This document shows positions 48,782 through 62,900 of a stretch of 64,000 bases of DNA, in pieces (position 1 is the stretch's first letter; every line of letters starts with the position of its first letter). The notes below the pieces were generated by a model that saw only the letters and a list, made by a program, of their open reading frames with translations, searched no databases and was not told the DNA's origin. Position numbers and translations under genes: made by a program. The stretch is from Botryllus schlosseri (lineage: Eukaryota): the NCBI GenBank assembly GCA_051294905.1, contig CM119373.1, positions 1,552,001-1,616,000 of the forward strand, in the 5' to 3' direction.

Positions 48782-50821
48782 GTCAGAGTCAGATTTCGAA
48801 TGTAATATTTTCCATCCTGCTACTACTTATTCCTGATTGCTATAGCTTTGCTTATGGTTTCAATAGATCTGGAATAGACAGATTCCTTCACCCAAGTCAC
48901 ACGCAAGAGTCGCCAGGTATTAATGTTTCACTCCAATACGCATATCTAATACTCAACTCTTTGGAATTTGGCTAATGCGTTCCCTGTACGCGCAAAGTTC
49001 GTTAAAACATCGTTTTTTAAAGCACAGGTTTAGACCAGCGTTCACAAAGTCTGTTTTGGTACTTTGAAAATGATGAATGTATCCTTAGGTGGACGTATCT
49101 CCCTCATTTTTCGACTAGGAATATTCGAAGTCCTCTCTATTCCTAATATCACAGAGAACCTGCGATGTCACAAACTTTTTACTCAAATTGTCGACCTGTG
49201 AATGTGTATTGGACATAGTTTAGGTTTTGGCCTATTTATCTTCGTAGTAGACGCCCCATATCCATAGCCATTACTGGGACTGACTTTACAATCGAACGTT
49301 TGCATACTCCCGTTATGAATCGAAAGCTATACAAATGCCTCCCGTTTAATTGTTTCTGCCTGGGATGATGTCCAACCTTATACGGTCCTGGTTTCAGCGA
49401 TCACGAATTTATTAAATAGGATAGCCGTGAAAACGAACAAATGACGTCACGCGGCTTCATCATGCTAATTCGCACATAAATGCTCACTTGACTTAAAGTT
49501 TACGGGCATGGCTGCATAAGAGATCACTACAGCAAGTTTTTGTTGCACTAAAATCGCGGGAAAGTTGCAATGCATTCGAACAAAATATGCAGTAAAATTT
49601 CCATTTATGCATAAGTTACAAAATACCAACAGTTAATGAACACTGCGCTATAAAAACAAGTGTCCTAGGTGACAGCTAGAACTCAAGCCTCATTCAATCA
49701 GTTTGTGAAGCATTATTGTATGACAATCTGTCTCCACTCTTCACTTCACTACCAACGAAAAACGGTGGTAACAGCTACCACACTATTTTAATACTGCGCC
49801 TATAAAACCTGACTGGTACATTTTCATTAGGCTAAGGTTCAATGATCAAAATTGTATTTGGGGAGAAATGATTATCGAACCGCACAAAATCCCTGTCACA
49901 AACTGTCATCTTACCAGATATCAATGTTGTCGTTTCTTACTTGCAAAATAACGAATGTACTTTCACAAAAACACAGTTCAACTAACTAATCTACTTGACC
50001 TGGAAACACCAGTTACAACCTGTTTGTTTCCGTTTGTGGCCAAAAGCCTAGCCCTACTTCCATTTCTAATTTGATTCGAGCATTGTCGTGCTTGGGGTTG
50101 TTGGATGTATGGCTTGAAAGCAAACTGTGGCGTCATAGATAACATTGAGTTGTGGCTAATCTTTCGCATAGTCTTTGTCATGCAAATATACGAGAGAACC
50201 ATACAAGACATACTTTTATAGCATGTTTTTTTTAAATCACTCCTTTCGATTTTGTGCAATACGTAGTAAAAGTTAAAGTAAAAGTTGCAACAAAGTAAAG
50301 AAAAGCTGCATAAAGTTGCAATATAAAATTCATAGAAACAGCTTTAACCACCACACTACCTCAATAATGTGTGTTTAGGAAGCTTCCAGAAGCTCTAAAA
50401 ACCGTTTCAAAAGTTACAAAGACTTGTATCAGAAATTACCTGAGTTGTAGTCATTAATCACAGTGTGCTTGGTGTCATTCGACAAATTCCCGCTATAGTC
50501 GAGGAATATTAAACGCTTAGTCGCAGTACATAACTTACTCAGGCTTGAGGTATTTACAACCATTAAATTTCTTCATAACCCTGAGATAGAGGATCGTTAA
50601 AAAATATCGTAATCTACCAATTGTGGTTCAGGTCCATTGCTACATAAAAAATGCTGACGTTTTAATAATACATATAATAATTTTTTGATGTTCACACGTG
50701 TCAATCGCATCCTTTGCAAGCTCATTCCTTGTATTCATTACAATTAGAGGTATCGACGATAAATGATGCATTCGATTCTCCCGTGCATACGTGGGTTAAT
50801 TTATTTTTCCTGTTTTTTCAG

Positions 50822-50872
50822 ATAAGGTATATTCAATTACCGGACGGATCACGACTGTACAAACGTGCCTGA
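50822..50872 (+). CDS. LRR (NLR-like) gene, probable terminal coding exon
   Basis: Strong acceptor TTTTTCCTGTTTTTTCAG followed by the phase-0 frame IRYIQLPDGSRLYKRA*. Confidence 0.6.
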   Translation: MRYIQLPDGSRLYKRA

Positions 50873-52098
50873 GCAAGTTTTTTAATATAAAAAAAAAGGA
50901 AGAAAAAGCACGAATGCTTTACCGAATCGAAGAATTTTCCAAAATGAAAATATTCGACAAACTTTTCTATCTCCAGAAACCCAAAACATGTGTGACGAAA
51001 ACTTTTACGAAGTAATTTCGACATATCGAGAACAGGAAATGTATTTTGTAGTATACGTTTATATTCAATATTTCGAAGTATGCCAGCAAACGTTGGTCAT
51101 CAATTCTCATTTCCAACATTTCTCGTCAACCGTGCTCAAACGTCCGTTACATATTTGCTAATGAAGTATTATTCCTAATCAAGATGGGTGCAGCATATGA
51201 GGTGCAGAAAGATGACGATCACTTCCTTGCTGCTATGCTACAGTTGTCTATAACCAATCAATTGTTTAGATGCTTACAATTACTTCCGAGTTTACGCTGT
51301 AGTGTAAAGTCAATCGTTATAAAATGCCAGGTCGAAAATCACTGACTTGTGAAAATAGTGTAGCAAAACCACGAGCTGCATAATTGTGGGAGAACTCGTC
51401 ACCAGCAACAAACATTTCTTTACAATTGTATGCTAGTCAGTTATTTGTAGTATTGTAGTGTTGAATATTGTTATTTTTCGGTGTTAGTTTTGATTCTACT
51501 CATAGATACCACTTGCTTCATAAATAGTAGCCGGCGCATTCCACAAAACATTGAACAGCATTGACCCTTGATGTTCGATATCGCTTCACCATCTCTTCAT
51601 ATTGTAATATCGCAGAACAAATGTTTTACAGGTAGGGCGTGTGGAAATTACTTGGAACTTCTTCCCAATTAACCATTAGCCTTTGTGACGCCACGAACGT
51701 AATCGGAGTATGTCTGATTGTAAGCGTATCAATAGTCACTACCATTTGAAATCTTTATCTCAAAGTATTTAGTTGATATACATGTTTAATAGGCCCGACG
51801 CAATGGCCGTAGTCACATTCATCCACCAATTCATGAGTCATGAGTTCATGTACCAAACCATCAGTTACAACGGGATTATTATTTTTCTGTGTACGTTTGT
51901 TTGATGGATAAGATTTATTTAAGGACGTGTTCTGCTGTGTTTTATTTTTACGTCCCTATTTCGGTGAATCAGTATGGATGATAGACGTATCTATTGTAAG
52001 TTCTTATTCGATATCGATTTCCGCGCGATGCGTTTGATATGACCAATGCAAAGAACAAAAATGTCACAAGGTTGGTTACTTGTGAATTGATATTATGT

Positions 52099-52814
52099 TA
52101 GGGCTGGCCAACCTTTTCAGCCAAAGGGCCACATTCGATTGACGAACTTCAGCGCGGGCCACTGTCCGCGCAAAGCGCGAAAATTTTTTGAAGTTCATAG
52201 GTCAATAATATTGTCACTTGACTATATTGCGGGCCTGCTGTATATCGCTGGGCTAAGTTTGCGAGGACATGGGCTATTCGGCGCATGGACATATCGATAT
52301 CGAAAGCTGCGACCAACATGCGTCAATCATTTCGCGCATAGTCGACGGTCTTACTGCGAGCGCAAACGCAAGGTCGCATATGTTGAACGACACTTTGTCT
52401 CATGATCGCTAATATAGTTCGACTCAATCTGATACATTGGGTGTTCTTCAATTTTCACAAAAGGGCAACAATATTAAGAACAAGAAATCGAGTGACGACA
52501 TATTGCGCTAAGCTTGTAGAAAAATTTTACCTATGATAAATCTATCGCAAAATATTCTGCTTTATTGTACTGTACGAAGATATACCAATATATGAATGGT
52601 TGATGGATCTGTAAATGAGTCGAAACTGATATTTTAGTCATCACATCTCAAGTGTTGCGGCCAGACTAATCAAATATTTGGTTGGCCTTGCAAGTTCACA
52701 GTCTGTGCAATCCGTTTTTGATGATATTAGAAATTTCGGAAATTACCTCGCGGTCCACTCAAAACCTTATCGCGGGCCACATTTGGCCCGCGGGCCACGG
52801 GTTGGCCGGCCCTG
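52099..52814. mobile_element. hAT-like (Charlie-type) MITE
   Basis: Termini AGGGCTGGCCAACC / GGTTGGCCGGCCCTG and GCGGGCC subterminal motifs; the TSD is not clear. Confidence 0.75.
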
Positions 52815-54636
52815 TGTTAAGCCATCGATTTTTTTGTAATAAGTTAATCGATAAGCTTTCATATTCACAATACTAGCGTCCATTATTCATTATCTTTAAA
52901 AAACGTCAGTCCTGTTAAGTCGTGAATTCGACACCTTTTAGCAGGATTCTACGACCTGAATATAACAAGAGCACTTATGATGACATAAACTTTATTAGCC
53001 TTATTTTTCCTAATTATGGGACGATAGAAGAGGAGGACCGGTTTGGTAACTTTTTATAGCGACACGTCGATATCTTTCAAGATGCACATGATAAGTGACA
53101 TTACACGGGACGGGTTGCTCAAAGATTGCCTCATTTCCATCAAATGCATTGCCGCAATATTCACAGTTTTTAATATCGGTACCTTAATGACGATTTGAAA
53201 GTCATTTTTAAACTCGATAAGATTACCATTAGTTACGTCTCAAAGAGATGTCACTTCAGAGCTGATGAAAACTATTTTTCATGTGGAGCAGGAGTGTGCA
53301 TGTGCATCCTGTGGCACGCCATCCAAATGCGATCTATTGAGAAAAATGTGCAAATTTTAGTGTGACGCATGAAATATGTTTCTAATTTAGCTTATTTTGT
53401 GCGTATCCAAAATGGACTAAGCAAAGAAATAAGAACATTCAAATTAATAAAGTATTCATGTGCCCACTTAGGAATCTTTTAGGAATATTTTTGATAAGAG
53501 TCATTCAGTACCGCGATTGCTTTTTGCGGTTCACGCGATATATCGCCAGGTATCGACGATTGATGTCTGTTTTCAGCTATTGATTCGTAATCTTATATGA
53601 CTGGTATTGAAACTACCTGTAAATCAAATGTGCGTTTAGATTTTACCCCACGTCGTTGTTTTACTTTTTGTAGCTGACTTGTGTGGACATCTTTGGCGTA
53701 GAGTAGAGTGTTAAGGTCTGCCATAGACATAGCGTTTACTGAAACTTCATGATATACCATTCCCATATCGTAGTAGTTCCCTCGTCTCGATCTCTATATT
53801 ATTAAATTATACCGAGCCAGCTCCCAATTGAAATTGACTTATAAAAATATAATACCAGAGCAAAATTACATGAATTTTCTGCGGACTTACATCATCCCAA
53901 AACACCTCTTCCGTCATATGCAAAATTCTGAAAAATCACAGTTGGATTTCTGTTTATGTTGTGAGATGTTATTATGAATTTAGAGGTGGTCGTCAAGTTA
54001 TACAGTTTTACTAATTAGTGTGTAGTGAGAAATAAATGGTTAATCATCAATGTGTGGACTTTTTCGTTTTGATCTTATGGCTATTCGTAGACCAATACAA
54101 AGACAAAGCTTTGTTTACCCACTCATCACAGCAGTGCATTGGAGTGCCAATCAGTAGGTAGCCTGTACTGCAGGTATAGCGAATCAGTCAAGCCAGAGTT
54201 ATTTACAAGTTCTCCCCGAAATGTTATAGGGATAGGAAATTATAAACATGAAAAAAATCAAATGACGTTGCATTAATTGAATCAGTTTTGTGTCAACCAA
54301 CTATTTTAAATTCAAAATAATCAGTTGAAATGTCTTAAAGCAAAATTTTCTGTTGTAAGCAGCTTAGTGCAGCTCTTCAAAATGTTCCAGCAATAGCCTT
54401 CCATAATATGTTTATCGAATATGCATCGATATCCCTCTTCTGCTGTTTTGATGTATTGGTGGAACCTTTCTACTTTCTATTCCCTCTAATGGTCAACAGT
54501 ATCAAAAATTCGTTCACGATGGCGGAACAGGGAGTGAGATTTATGCCCATGTTTGCTGCAAGGTTTCCCATTGCAGATACCAACTGTCGGACCATTCGTT
54601 TGTAGTTGGGTGCTTTATCTTTTAAAAAGTTTTATA

Positions 54637-54775
54637 CAGGGCTTCGCAGCAGCCGTAAATTTGCATTGCTCCAGGTCCGGCTCCGGAGCTTTCTTCTATC
54701 ATACATCAGCTCCGGCTCCAGCTCCGGAGCAGCATTATTACCACTGCTCCGGCTCCAGCTCCGGCTCCGGCTCTG
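54637..54775. repeat. GGCTCC-rich repeat, probable hAT-like element end (a second end, CAGGGGTGAGCAAC, starts at ~54802)
   Basis: CAGGGC start followed by multiple (G/A)GCTCC hexamers. Confidence 0.55.
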
Positions 54776-55715
54776 AAAACTATCGAATGAGTCTGTCTAT
54801 ATCAGGGGTGAGCAACCCGCGGCCTGCGGGCCTTATGTAACCCGCGAGAAGGCTTTGAGTAGCCCGCGAGCTAATTTCCCATTATATCATCGAAATTCTG
54901 TTATATTATCGAAATTGAATTGCTCAGATTGTGAACTCGCTAGGCCAACCAAAAATATGATTAGTCTGGCCGCTGCACTTGGGATGTTGATGACTGGACT
55001 AAAATATCAGTTTCGACGCATTGGCGGATCCAGGGTCCAGTCACATTTTTAGTAAATCGTCGTATATTACAATAAACTAAAAAAGCACTTTACTCCGTGC
55101 CACAGCATTAACATTCCGATGCGGCGTTTTACCACTGGCACTGTACTCATTACCATTAGGCCATACAGCTCAATTTAATCTTTGAATGTGTGATTATTAT
55201 TCAACAGTAACTGAAGTAAGGGCAAAATGGACGGATATAACGACACGATCAATAGAAATTCGATTTGTACCAAATGGCCAATGGTTAGACGTTCGATATT
55301 GGTGCACTCGTTACCAGTCCATCCGGTGTCGATCAAGTTTATTGGAATAATATTTTCCCGTTGAAATGAATCGAATAATCGAAATAAACACTCCGCCATG
55401 CCCATAACGAATTAAACTATGCAGTATGCAGTATGCACATTGCACATTTACAAGTTTACGAAACAGATGATTACAAATTGGAAATCGCGTATCAAATCAG
55501 TAGTTTGTCTCCAACATAGAATACCATGGGGTTTTGGCCTACTCTTCTGTCATCCCCTATTTAAGCTCGAAAATCCTTACTGAAGTGAATGACAATGATG
55601 CGCAGTAATGAATTGCAATTAGCATATATATATATATATCGACTTTTCAATTAGATAAAATAAAATGAAAAGGGCAAAAGAAAACAGGAAACAAAAAACA
55701 TCAAGATAGTCAGTT

Positions 55716-58541
55716 TTAGGCTCGTATTAAGCGTCTCCAACGCAGGCGGTCGTGGGCGTCTTCAGGCGACAGCCCGCGTTGCGCTAGGTCAGTCTCCATT
55801 GTCGAACGCCATGTTTTCCGATTCCAGCCACCTCTGCGCCATGGCTCCGTCGGAATGTGATTGATGATGGCGGCGGCTGGTTGCTCGTCTTGATGCCGCA
55901 CTAGATGGCCGATTAGGCGGAAGCGTCGTTCAGCTGCCAGTAGACGGCATGGGACCGTTCCTGTGAGCTCTCGCAATGCATTCGTGGATATATGCTCCGG
56001 ATGGTGAATGCCGAGTGCATAGCGGAGGAGTGCGTCATAGTTAGCGTTGAGCGTCTTAGCCAGCTTCTCTGTCAGCGCGAGTGCCTCTATTCCGTAGAGA
56101 AGAACCTGCTCGACAGTGGCACGGAAGATACGGGTCTTGAGCTGGGTTGAGGCACTTGAATGGAAGAGGCTATGTAGCCGTCTTGCCACGCCCCAGGCCT
56201 TTGCTCGCCTCGCCTTGAGCGCATTTCCAGAGTCGGCGACGTCAATACCGAGGTACACAAAACTCGTTTCGTACTTGAGATCGATTTCTCCCAGTTGAAT
56301 CGGTGTCGCGTTCTTCGGTAGAGCTGGTATGGCCAGAACCTCTTGGCGTTGATCTGGAGTCCAACAAGAGCGGCGGCGGCCTCTAGCTGGTTAATGAGGC
56401 GCTGTGCCGATGCGGTGTTCGGGGCAAGCAAGGCTAGGTCGTCTGCGTAGGCAAGAATACCTACGTGTATTGCCTCGCGAGTCGTACGCGTGCGCGTTCC
56501 TTGCCGTGGCCGCCATTCAAAGAAGTTCGTATTATCCGGGAAGGCCGTTCGTAGGACGAAGTCAAGGATGACCACGAACAGGAATGGTGCCAGGGTGTCA
56601 CCTTGAAGCACACCAGCCGAAGTGTTGAAATCTCCGCTTGGGCCGTCATCTGTTCGGACTCGCGCTCGTGTGTCAGTGTAGAGCGCCATAATGGCGTACG
56701 TTATCACCTCAGGAATTCCGTAGAATCCGAGGATCTCTGCCATGGCTGGGCGCGAGACCGAGTCGAAGGCTTTCGCGAAATCAACGAAGACGGCCACAAC
56801 ATTCTTTTCGCGTGAGCGACAGGTGTCAATGATTGTGCGCAGTGCCAGGATGTGCTCTGTAGTACCGCGAGATGGTCGAAATCCATTCTGAGCATTCAGG
56901 AGCTTGGTAGAGAGTTGCTCACGTATGCGAAGGAGCAATACTCGGTCGAACAACTTGGCAGCGGTCTGCATCAGGGAGATGCCTCTGTAGTTCGCTGGGT
57001 CACTCGCAGCGCCTTTCTTGTAGATAGGGACGATTTCGCTCTCGAGCCACTCAGGGGGCACCGGGCCGCCTTCTAGGACGCCATTCATGACGTCGAGGAG
57101 CATAGGTGCAACGCCCGAGGTGTAAGCAGCTGTTGGGATGCCGTCCGTGCCGGTGGCCTTGAATTGTGGTACTCCACGCATGGCTGTCTTGAGCTCACCT
57201 AGCGTGATCAGGGCTGTATTGATCGCAAGAGGATTTGCTGCTAGTGAAGGCGGTGCAACGAGCACATCGATGTCCGGTGCAGGTGTAGATAACAGGGTCT
57301 CGAAGTGTGCAGCGAGGTCTTCCGTACAGGCCTTCACGCGGGCCCTCTTGAAGCCAACTAGTTCACCGATGGCTTTCCAGGCTGCTCTTGATCGGCCTGC
57401 TTCCAACTCGTTTTCCACGGAAAGGGCAATAGCTTCGACTCGTTCCTTGCGAGCTGCGTCGTAAACGTTTGCAAGGTACAGAGCTGCCTCGTTAGCATCG
57501 CTATGTGCGTCCAGTGTTCCAGAGGTGTACGCAGCACGTCTGAGAGTCTTAAGGTTACGGCGTGCACTGAGCACTGTTGGGTCGGATTCCCAGGCTAATT
57601 TTGGACGTGGCTTGCTACGGGCCTCGCCGAGCGTTTCACGGGCTGCATCCTTGACTGCTGCTACAAGTGGCGCAAAGGCGGTCGGTATAGTATTTTGGAT
57701 CTCGAGGGCGTGGAGTGTGTGCATGGAAAAGACATTCATCTTATTTGCGTCCTTAAGATCGAACCAATTTGGTAGCGGATCCTTCGGTGTGCGCTTCGGG
57801 ATGAACGGGAGGTGTTCACGAAGCGTGGCCAACACCAAGCGATGGTCACTGCTGATCGTTAGCATGCGCACCGTTCGGCAGTTCGTGAAATGGCGCCGTG
57901 CGGGAGCATTGCAGCACATATAATCCAGCCGTGTGTTGCGTTGGCGCATACCGTCAAATGTCGTCCTACGATTCGGCTTCATAGACAAGTTGGCGTTGAG
58001 AGGAATGAGGTCGCAGCGGTCGAGTAGATTAGTAAAATGCTCCGAGTTGCTGTTCTCGTTGCCAACTGGGAAGCGAACTCGCTGCGAGCGCTCGGCCAAC
58101 GTGGCATTCATGTCCCCAAGCAGCATGGTTATGTCGCGCTGCGGGTAAGTTGATAGAATGCCTTCTAGTTGGTCGTAGAAAGCGAGCGTATCAGCTGGGA
58201 AGGCAGTGGTGTTCGGAGATGTTGGTCCATACGCACACACGAGGTGCAGTTTGCGGCGACGGAGTTGAATGCTGGCTGTGATAATGCGGCTGTTTATAAC
58301 GTCAATCTTTGCCTCAGCGTGGAAACGCTGGGATAAGATTAGACCGACGCCTCCAACTCCGCCTTGGTTGGCAGGTGATTGGATCATGATGATGCCTGCG
58401 CCTAGGTCTTTTTCGCGGAATGGTTCAGTGAAGTGTTGGCGATGTTCTTGGATTGCCAACGCATCAAGTTTGAGGTCAGTCACAAGTGCGGCAGCTTCTT
58501 CCTGACGCCATACAGAGTTTAGAGTTCTCGTGTTCAGAGTT
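55716..58541 (-). mobile_element. Near full-length RTE-type LINE (AP endonuclease plus RT), one frameshift
   Basis: The frame is open from 58540 (TLNTRTLNSVWRQEE...AIQEHR). EN motifs are LGDMNA, LDY and SDH; RT motifs are NYRGISL, QNGFR, FVDFAKAFDSV, GVLQGDTLAP and YADD. A frameshift at ~56340 (INAK/EVLAIP...FVYLG) joins ORFs 56087-58483 and 55716-56258. GC content is higher than the flanks. Confidence 0.95.
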
Positions 58542-59963
58542 GGCTAATTCCATTATAATTTAACAGGGGCTGTAATGCATACCCTCAGAATTGTCCAATA
58601 TTTACAAATGTTATTCTTTTTTGAATTCCAAGTTTATTAAAAAAAAAAAAATTGAAAAATGTTCAGCGGTTCAAAAGATATTGCGATTTAAAATCCTCTC
58701 GTCACTAGGTGGCGCTACTTTCAAAAATCTTTGAAATCGATATATTTCGCTTAAATGATGGTAGAGAACCAATTAAAATGTCCAATTAACCAATTCTGGG
58801 GCCAAGGAATTCAATAAAACCAACTGTTTCGCCCTAAACTCAATGAAAAAAAAGTTACGGATGAAAAAAAAAATGGGGGGGACGGGCTTGAAAATGTCTG
58901 TGGGATACGGCCTACACAAAAAAAAATTATTGTGAAATGTGCTTTTAAGGAGTATGGTTGATAAAAAGATTGATTTTAAATTTAATATTTATTCCACCAT
59001 GAAATATGCATTACATAAAAATTTCATGGTCCCAACCCATATTCCTGCTCACCGTAAATACTATTATCACCAGTCAAATATATAAATAAATTTATTTGTA
59101 TTGGTTTTTGAAATTTTTCAAGTAGAATCCGTGCTGAACCACCGCATCAACAATAATAGAAGCAAGTAACAAAAGACATATTTACAATAAATATGTTGAA
59201 AATGCATTTTGTCTCTTAGTATTGTCAAAAGTCAAAAATCCGAACATATTTATTGTTTCGTGTTTGGCATGCATTTTGGATCGTCGACTTGCCACATTTC
59301 AAGATTAATTGTAAATATGTCTTTTGTTACTTGCTTCTATTATTGTTGATGCGGTGGTTCAGCACGGATTCTACTTGAAAAATTTCGAAAACCAATACAA
59401 ATAAATTTATTCATATATTTGACTGGTGATAATAGTATTTACGGTGAGCAGGGATATGGGTTGGGACCATGAAATTTTTATGTAATGCATATTTCATGGT
59501 GGAATAAATATTAAATTTAAAATCAAGCTTTTTATCAACCATACTCCTTAAAAGCACATTTCACAATAATTTTTTTTTGTGTAGGCCGTATCCCACAGAC
59601 ATTTTCAAGCCCGTCCCCCCCATTTTTTTTTTCATCCGTAACTTTTTTTTCATTGAGTTTAGGGCGAAACAGTTGGTTTTATTGAATTCCTTGGCCCCAG
59701 AATTGGTTAATTGGACATTTTAATTGGTTCTCTACCATCATTTAAGCGAAAAATATCGATTTCAAAGATTTTTGAAAGTAGCGCCACCTAGTGACGAGAG
59801 GATTTTAAATCGCAATATCTTTTGAACCCCTGAACATTTTTCAATTTTTTTTTTTTTAATGAACTTGGAATTCAAAAAAGAACAACATATATAAATATTG
59901 GACAATTCTGAGAGTATGCATTACAAATCTCAAAAAATTTGCTAAATTATAATGGAATTAGCC
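58542..59963. mobile_element. 1.42-kb foldback (palindromic) non-autonomous DNA element
   Basis: Termini GGCTAATTCCATTATAATTT / AAATTATAATGGAATTAGCC. Arms ~58542-59188 and ~59308-59963 are near-identical inverted copies around a ~120-bp spacer. No coding sequence and no matching TSD (TT / TA). Confidence 0.93.
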
Positions 59964-62900
59964 TACTGGATTCAAAAACTATTCGAAAGAATCCACAACA
60001 TTGGCAGCTCCCGACTTTTCTAGCCTGGAAACTCCCCTAAACGAGTCTGTCAGCAGCTCGGGAAGTCATTTGAACGAGACCAGCAGTTCAATCTGTGATT
60101 CTACTCTGTCCTGCAGTTCAACCTGTGATGCCACTTGGTATTATTCGTTTGAAGTGCCATGGCATTCTTTTCCCAAAAGTCTGATGAAATGCTGCATGGA
60201 TAAGGAGATTCCTTCTAATGCTGAGCGCAGGCAGATGATTCGAATCCTGGCTGATGCCATAATGAAAGTGACTCGCTATCCCCCAACAAAAGCTTTGGAG
60301 GCCATTGCTAATAAAGTTATATCAAAATATCCGGATTCGTTCTTGGACAAAACGTATGGTGTTGTCATCGGAAGTGGCCATGAATCTCTCTTGCACCAAC
60401 TGCAATATCAAGTCAGCAATGAACGTAAACCGGCCAAGTCTAAGAGCACCTCTGGGAGTATTGACAATTCAAGTGGCATAAAAAGGAAAAACAATGACAT
60501 CTCAGGATATGATTGCCTTAACTGGTCACCTGCTATTGATGCCGATAAAATGGAAATAGACCAGAAATGTCTTATCGAAGAAAGCAGAAAGGCTGTTCCT
60601 GACAGAGAGAGAGTGAAAATGCTAATGGAAAGCACATATCCATTGCAAAGAAAGACAATCAATCAACCTGCTGCGGTATCAACAATCAGTGAAATGTGGC
60701 CCTTTCTCTTTGAAGTTGGAGTTCATGTTCCAACATTATGGTATTCTCACTGGGACAGAAAATTCCAAGCAATTCTTAATTCGCAAGATGGACAACAACT
60801 GGCCTCGCATTCAAAAGTAAGCAAGATTATAATTCCACGATTTTATAATAAATAATTAATGAGTTAGTCACCGTAAATACTATTTTATTCAAATCCCAAT
60901 TTTTCTACTGCAATAACTTCGCTTCTATACACACTATACTAGCATATTTCAAAGACAATTATATCAACGAGATACCTGGTATCTTTGCTCTCATTTTAAA
61001 TAAATGCTAATTGTACTCTTCGCAGGACATTGAAAAATATGACGGTGCAGAAAGTACAGAACACGCTGTCAAGACTTTCAACTATATCCGAGATAACAAA
61101 GTCAGAATCATATGCCTCCTCTCTTGGCGTCCTCGAACTGATCTGTGCGTTCTTTGACGAACCAGCCTCTCAATTGTTCAAAAGAATGGTTAGTATTAAA
61201 TTAGCCTCAAAACCTATTCTGTGAATGTCTCCAATGTAGTTCTGTTCTGTTGTTGGTAATTACTTTGTTTAAAAATCTTGTTGCTGCTTGTCCTCAGTTA
61301 AAGATTGTCACTACTCGAAAATGATATTGGAATTGCTCACACATACATATCTGTTTTCAGGAAATTGCTCAAGATTTAATGACAGATGCGCCGAACCACC
61401 CATTTTTGATTACAATCGGTAAGTATTTATGTACATAAAGTAGGGGTCACGAAGAGTATAAAACTGTGTCGCGTTCAGACTGATGACTAACTGACTGTTA
61501 CTGAGTTTATTGCAAATATAAAGTCATCACGGTTTGCGCGATATCTTATGGATTTGGGCCGGGCGTATTGATTTGAGCCTCAAATTGAATTAAGTATTAA
61601 ATCATTTCATGTTGAAACCAGTTCGTAGTGTAAAAATGATTGCCCACCCCTGGTATTGTCAGTAAGTGACATGCACAGAATAGCGGCATAAGTCTCGATT
61701 ATGAAAAATGTGTCCGGGTTTGTATTGCACAAGTCGGTTTGATATGAATGTAAAAATGGTCTGATTTTTGGTTTCTCTGGAAATTTGTTACCTCCGCGGG
61801 TGTGCTTGGTGAGCGTGGTGTAGAGATAGGGAGTGCGAGCAAGTTGGTACCACTGATAAGACAGTCACAGGTACTCACTATCTTGTCAATAGTTATGAAA
61901 ATGAAAAACTTCCCATAACTACTTTACGAAAACTGAACACTTGAAGGTCAGTAGTTCTGCCCATCACTGTTTCGTACAAGCGGAAGTAGTCAAATGCCAC
62001 AACCACTAGAATATAAGTAGCTCAAGTAGGCAACATTGGAAAACCTACTTGAGTATGCCAAAATAATAGATATAGATATACTTGATTACAGACCAGCGCC
62101 TCAGGTTATCTGCACAGTCTCTATTTCATAACCTAGCCAATGGCGTTAAATGTGCTGCATACTAACAATGCATTTTTGTGTTAGTCATGGATCCTGAGAA
62201 GATAATTAACCTTATATTGATGCCTTGCTCTTCTGAAGTGCCTACTAGCACTACACTCGAGTGGTTGGATTTTTACGCTTCTTCTACTCGTAATTGAGTA
62301 TAAATTTATGACAGTAGCCCTACATCTAGTTGAGTAGCAGCGCTGACTACTTTACAACTTTTGTTTATTTTCAGGCTCATCGAACTACAATGTGAAGGAG
62401 TTCGTGGTAACTGCTGAAAGATCAATGATATTCACCACGGACTCCTACGTTGCTTTGGCGTATCTGTTCGTCACATTCTATGTTTTCAACATGGAATACC
62501 CGAGCGAACTGACAGCCACGTTGGAGTTTATGCAAAGGTAAACTGAGTGAGAGTTAGACTATCAAATGTCAACCCGTAATGGCAATGACTGATTATGTTT
62601 CTTCGCTCGGCTCAGCTGCTTGCGCTCACTGCTGCGCAGTGCAAAGGCACCTTTATTGGTGATCTCACAGCTGGCAACTGGGGCGCAAAATATTAATGAA
62701 TCCGGTCTTAACGAAAAGCTAGTGTAACGGTGATTTCTAAATTAATAATTAAAATGCGGTATGGGCACTAGAAATGCCTTAAAATCACCTTGAAAAATCT
62801 GACATCTGCATTATTTTAAACAATCAGAGCGCTGCAACACATTGACAATAACAATTACCTATTGAGGTGCTCTGCTTGCTTATAACAATCACAATTTAAC

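Noticed and set aside
54553..54840. ORF with APAPAP / GSSSGSGS low-complexity peptide
   Set aside because: It is a translation of GGCTCC subterminal repeats of a transposon end.
57138..58505. Several + strand ORFs of 70-130 aa
   Set aside because: They are antisense shadows of the GC-rich RTE ORF.
60001..60855. 284-aa ORF as an intact single-exon gene
   Set aside because: It has a TTG start with the frame open back to the foldback terminus. The last ~45 aa are out of frame and run through a splice donor at 60817.
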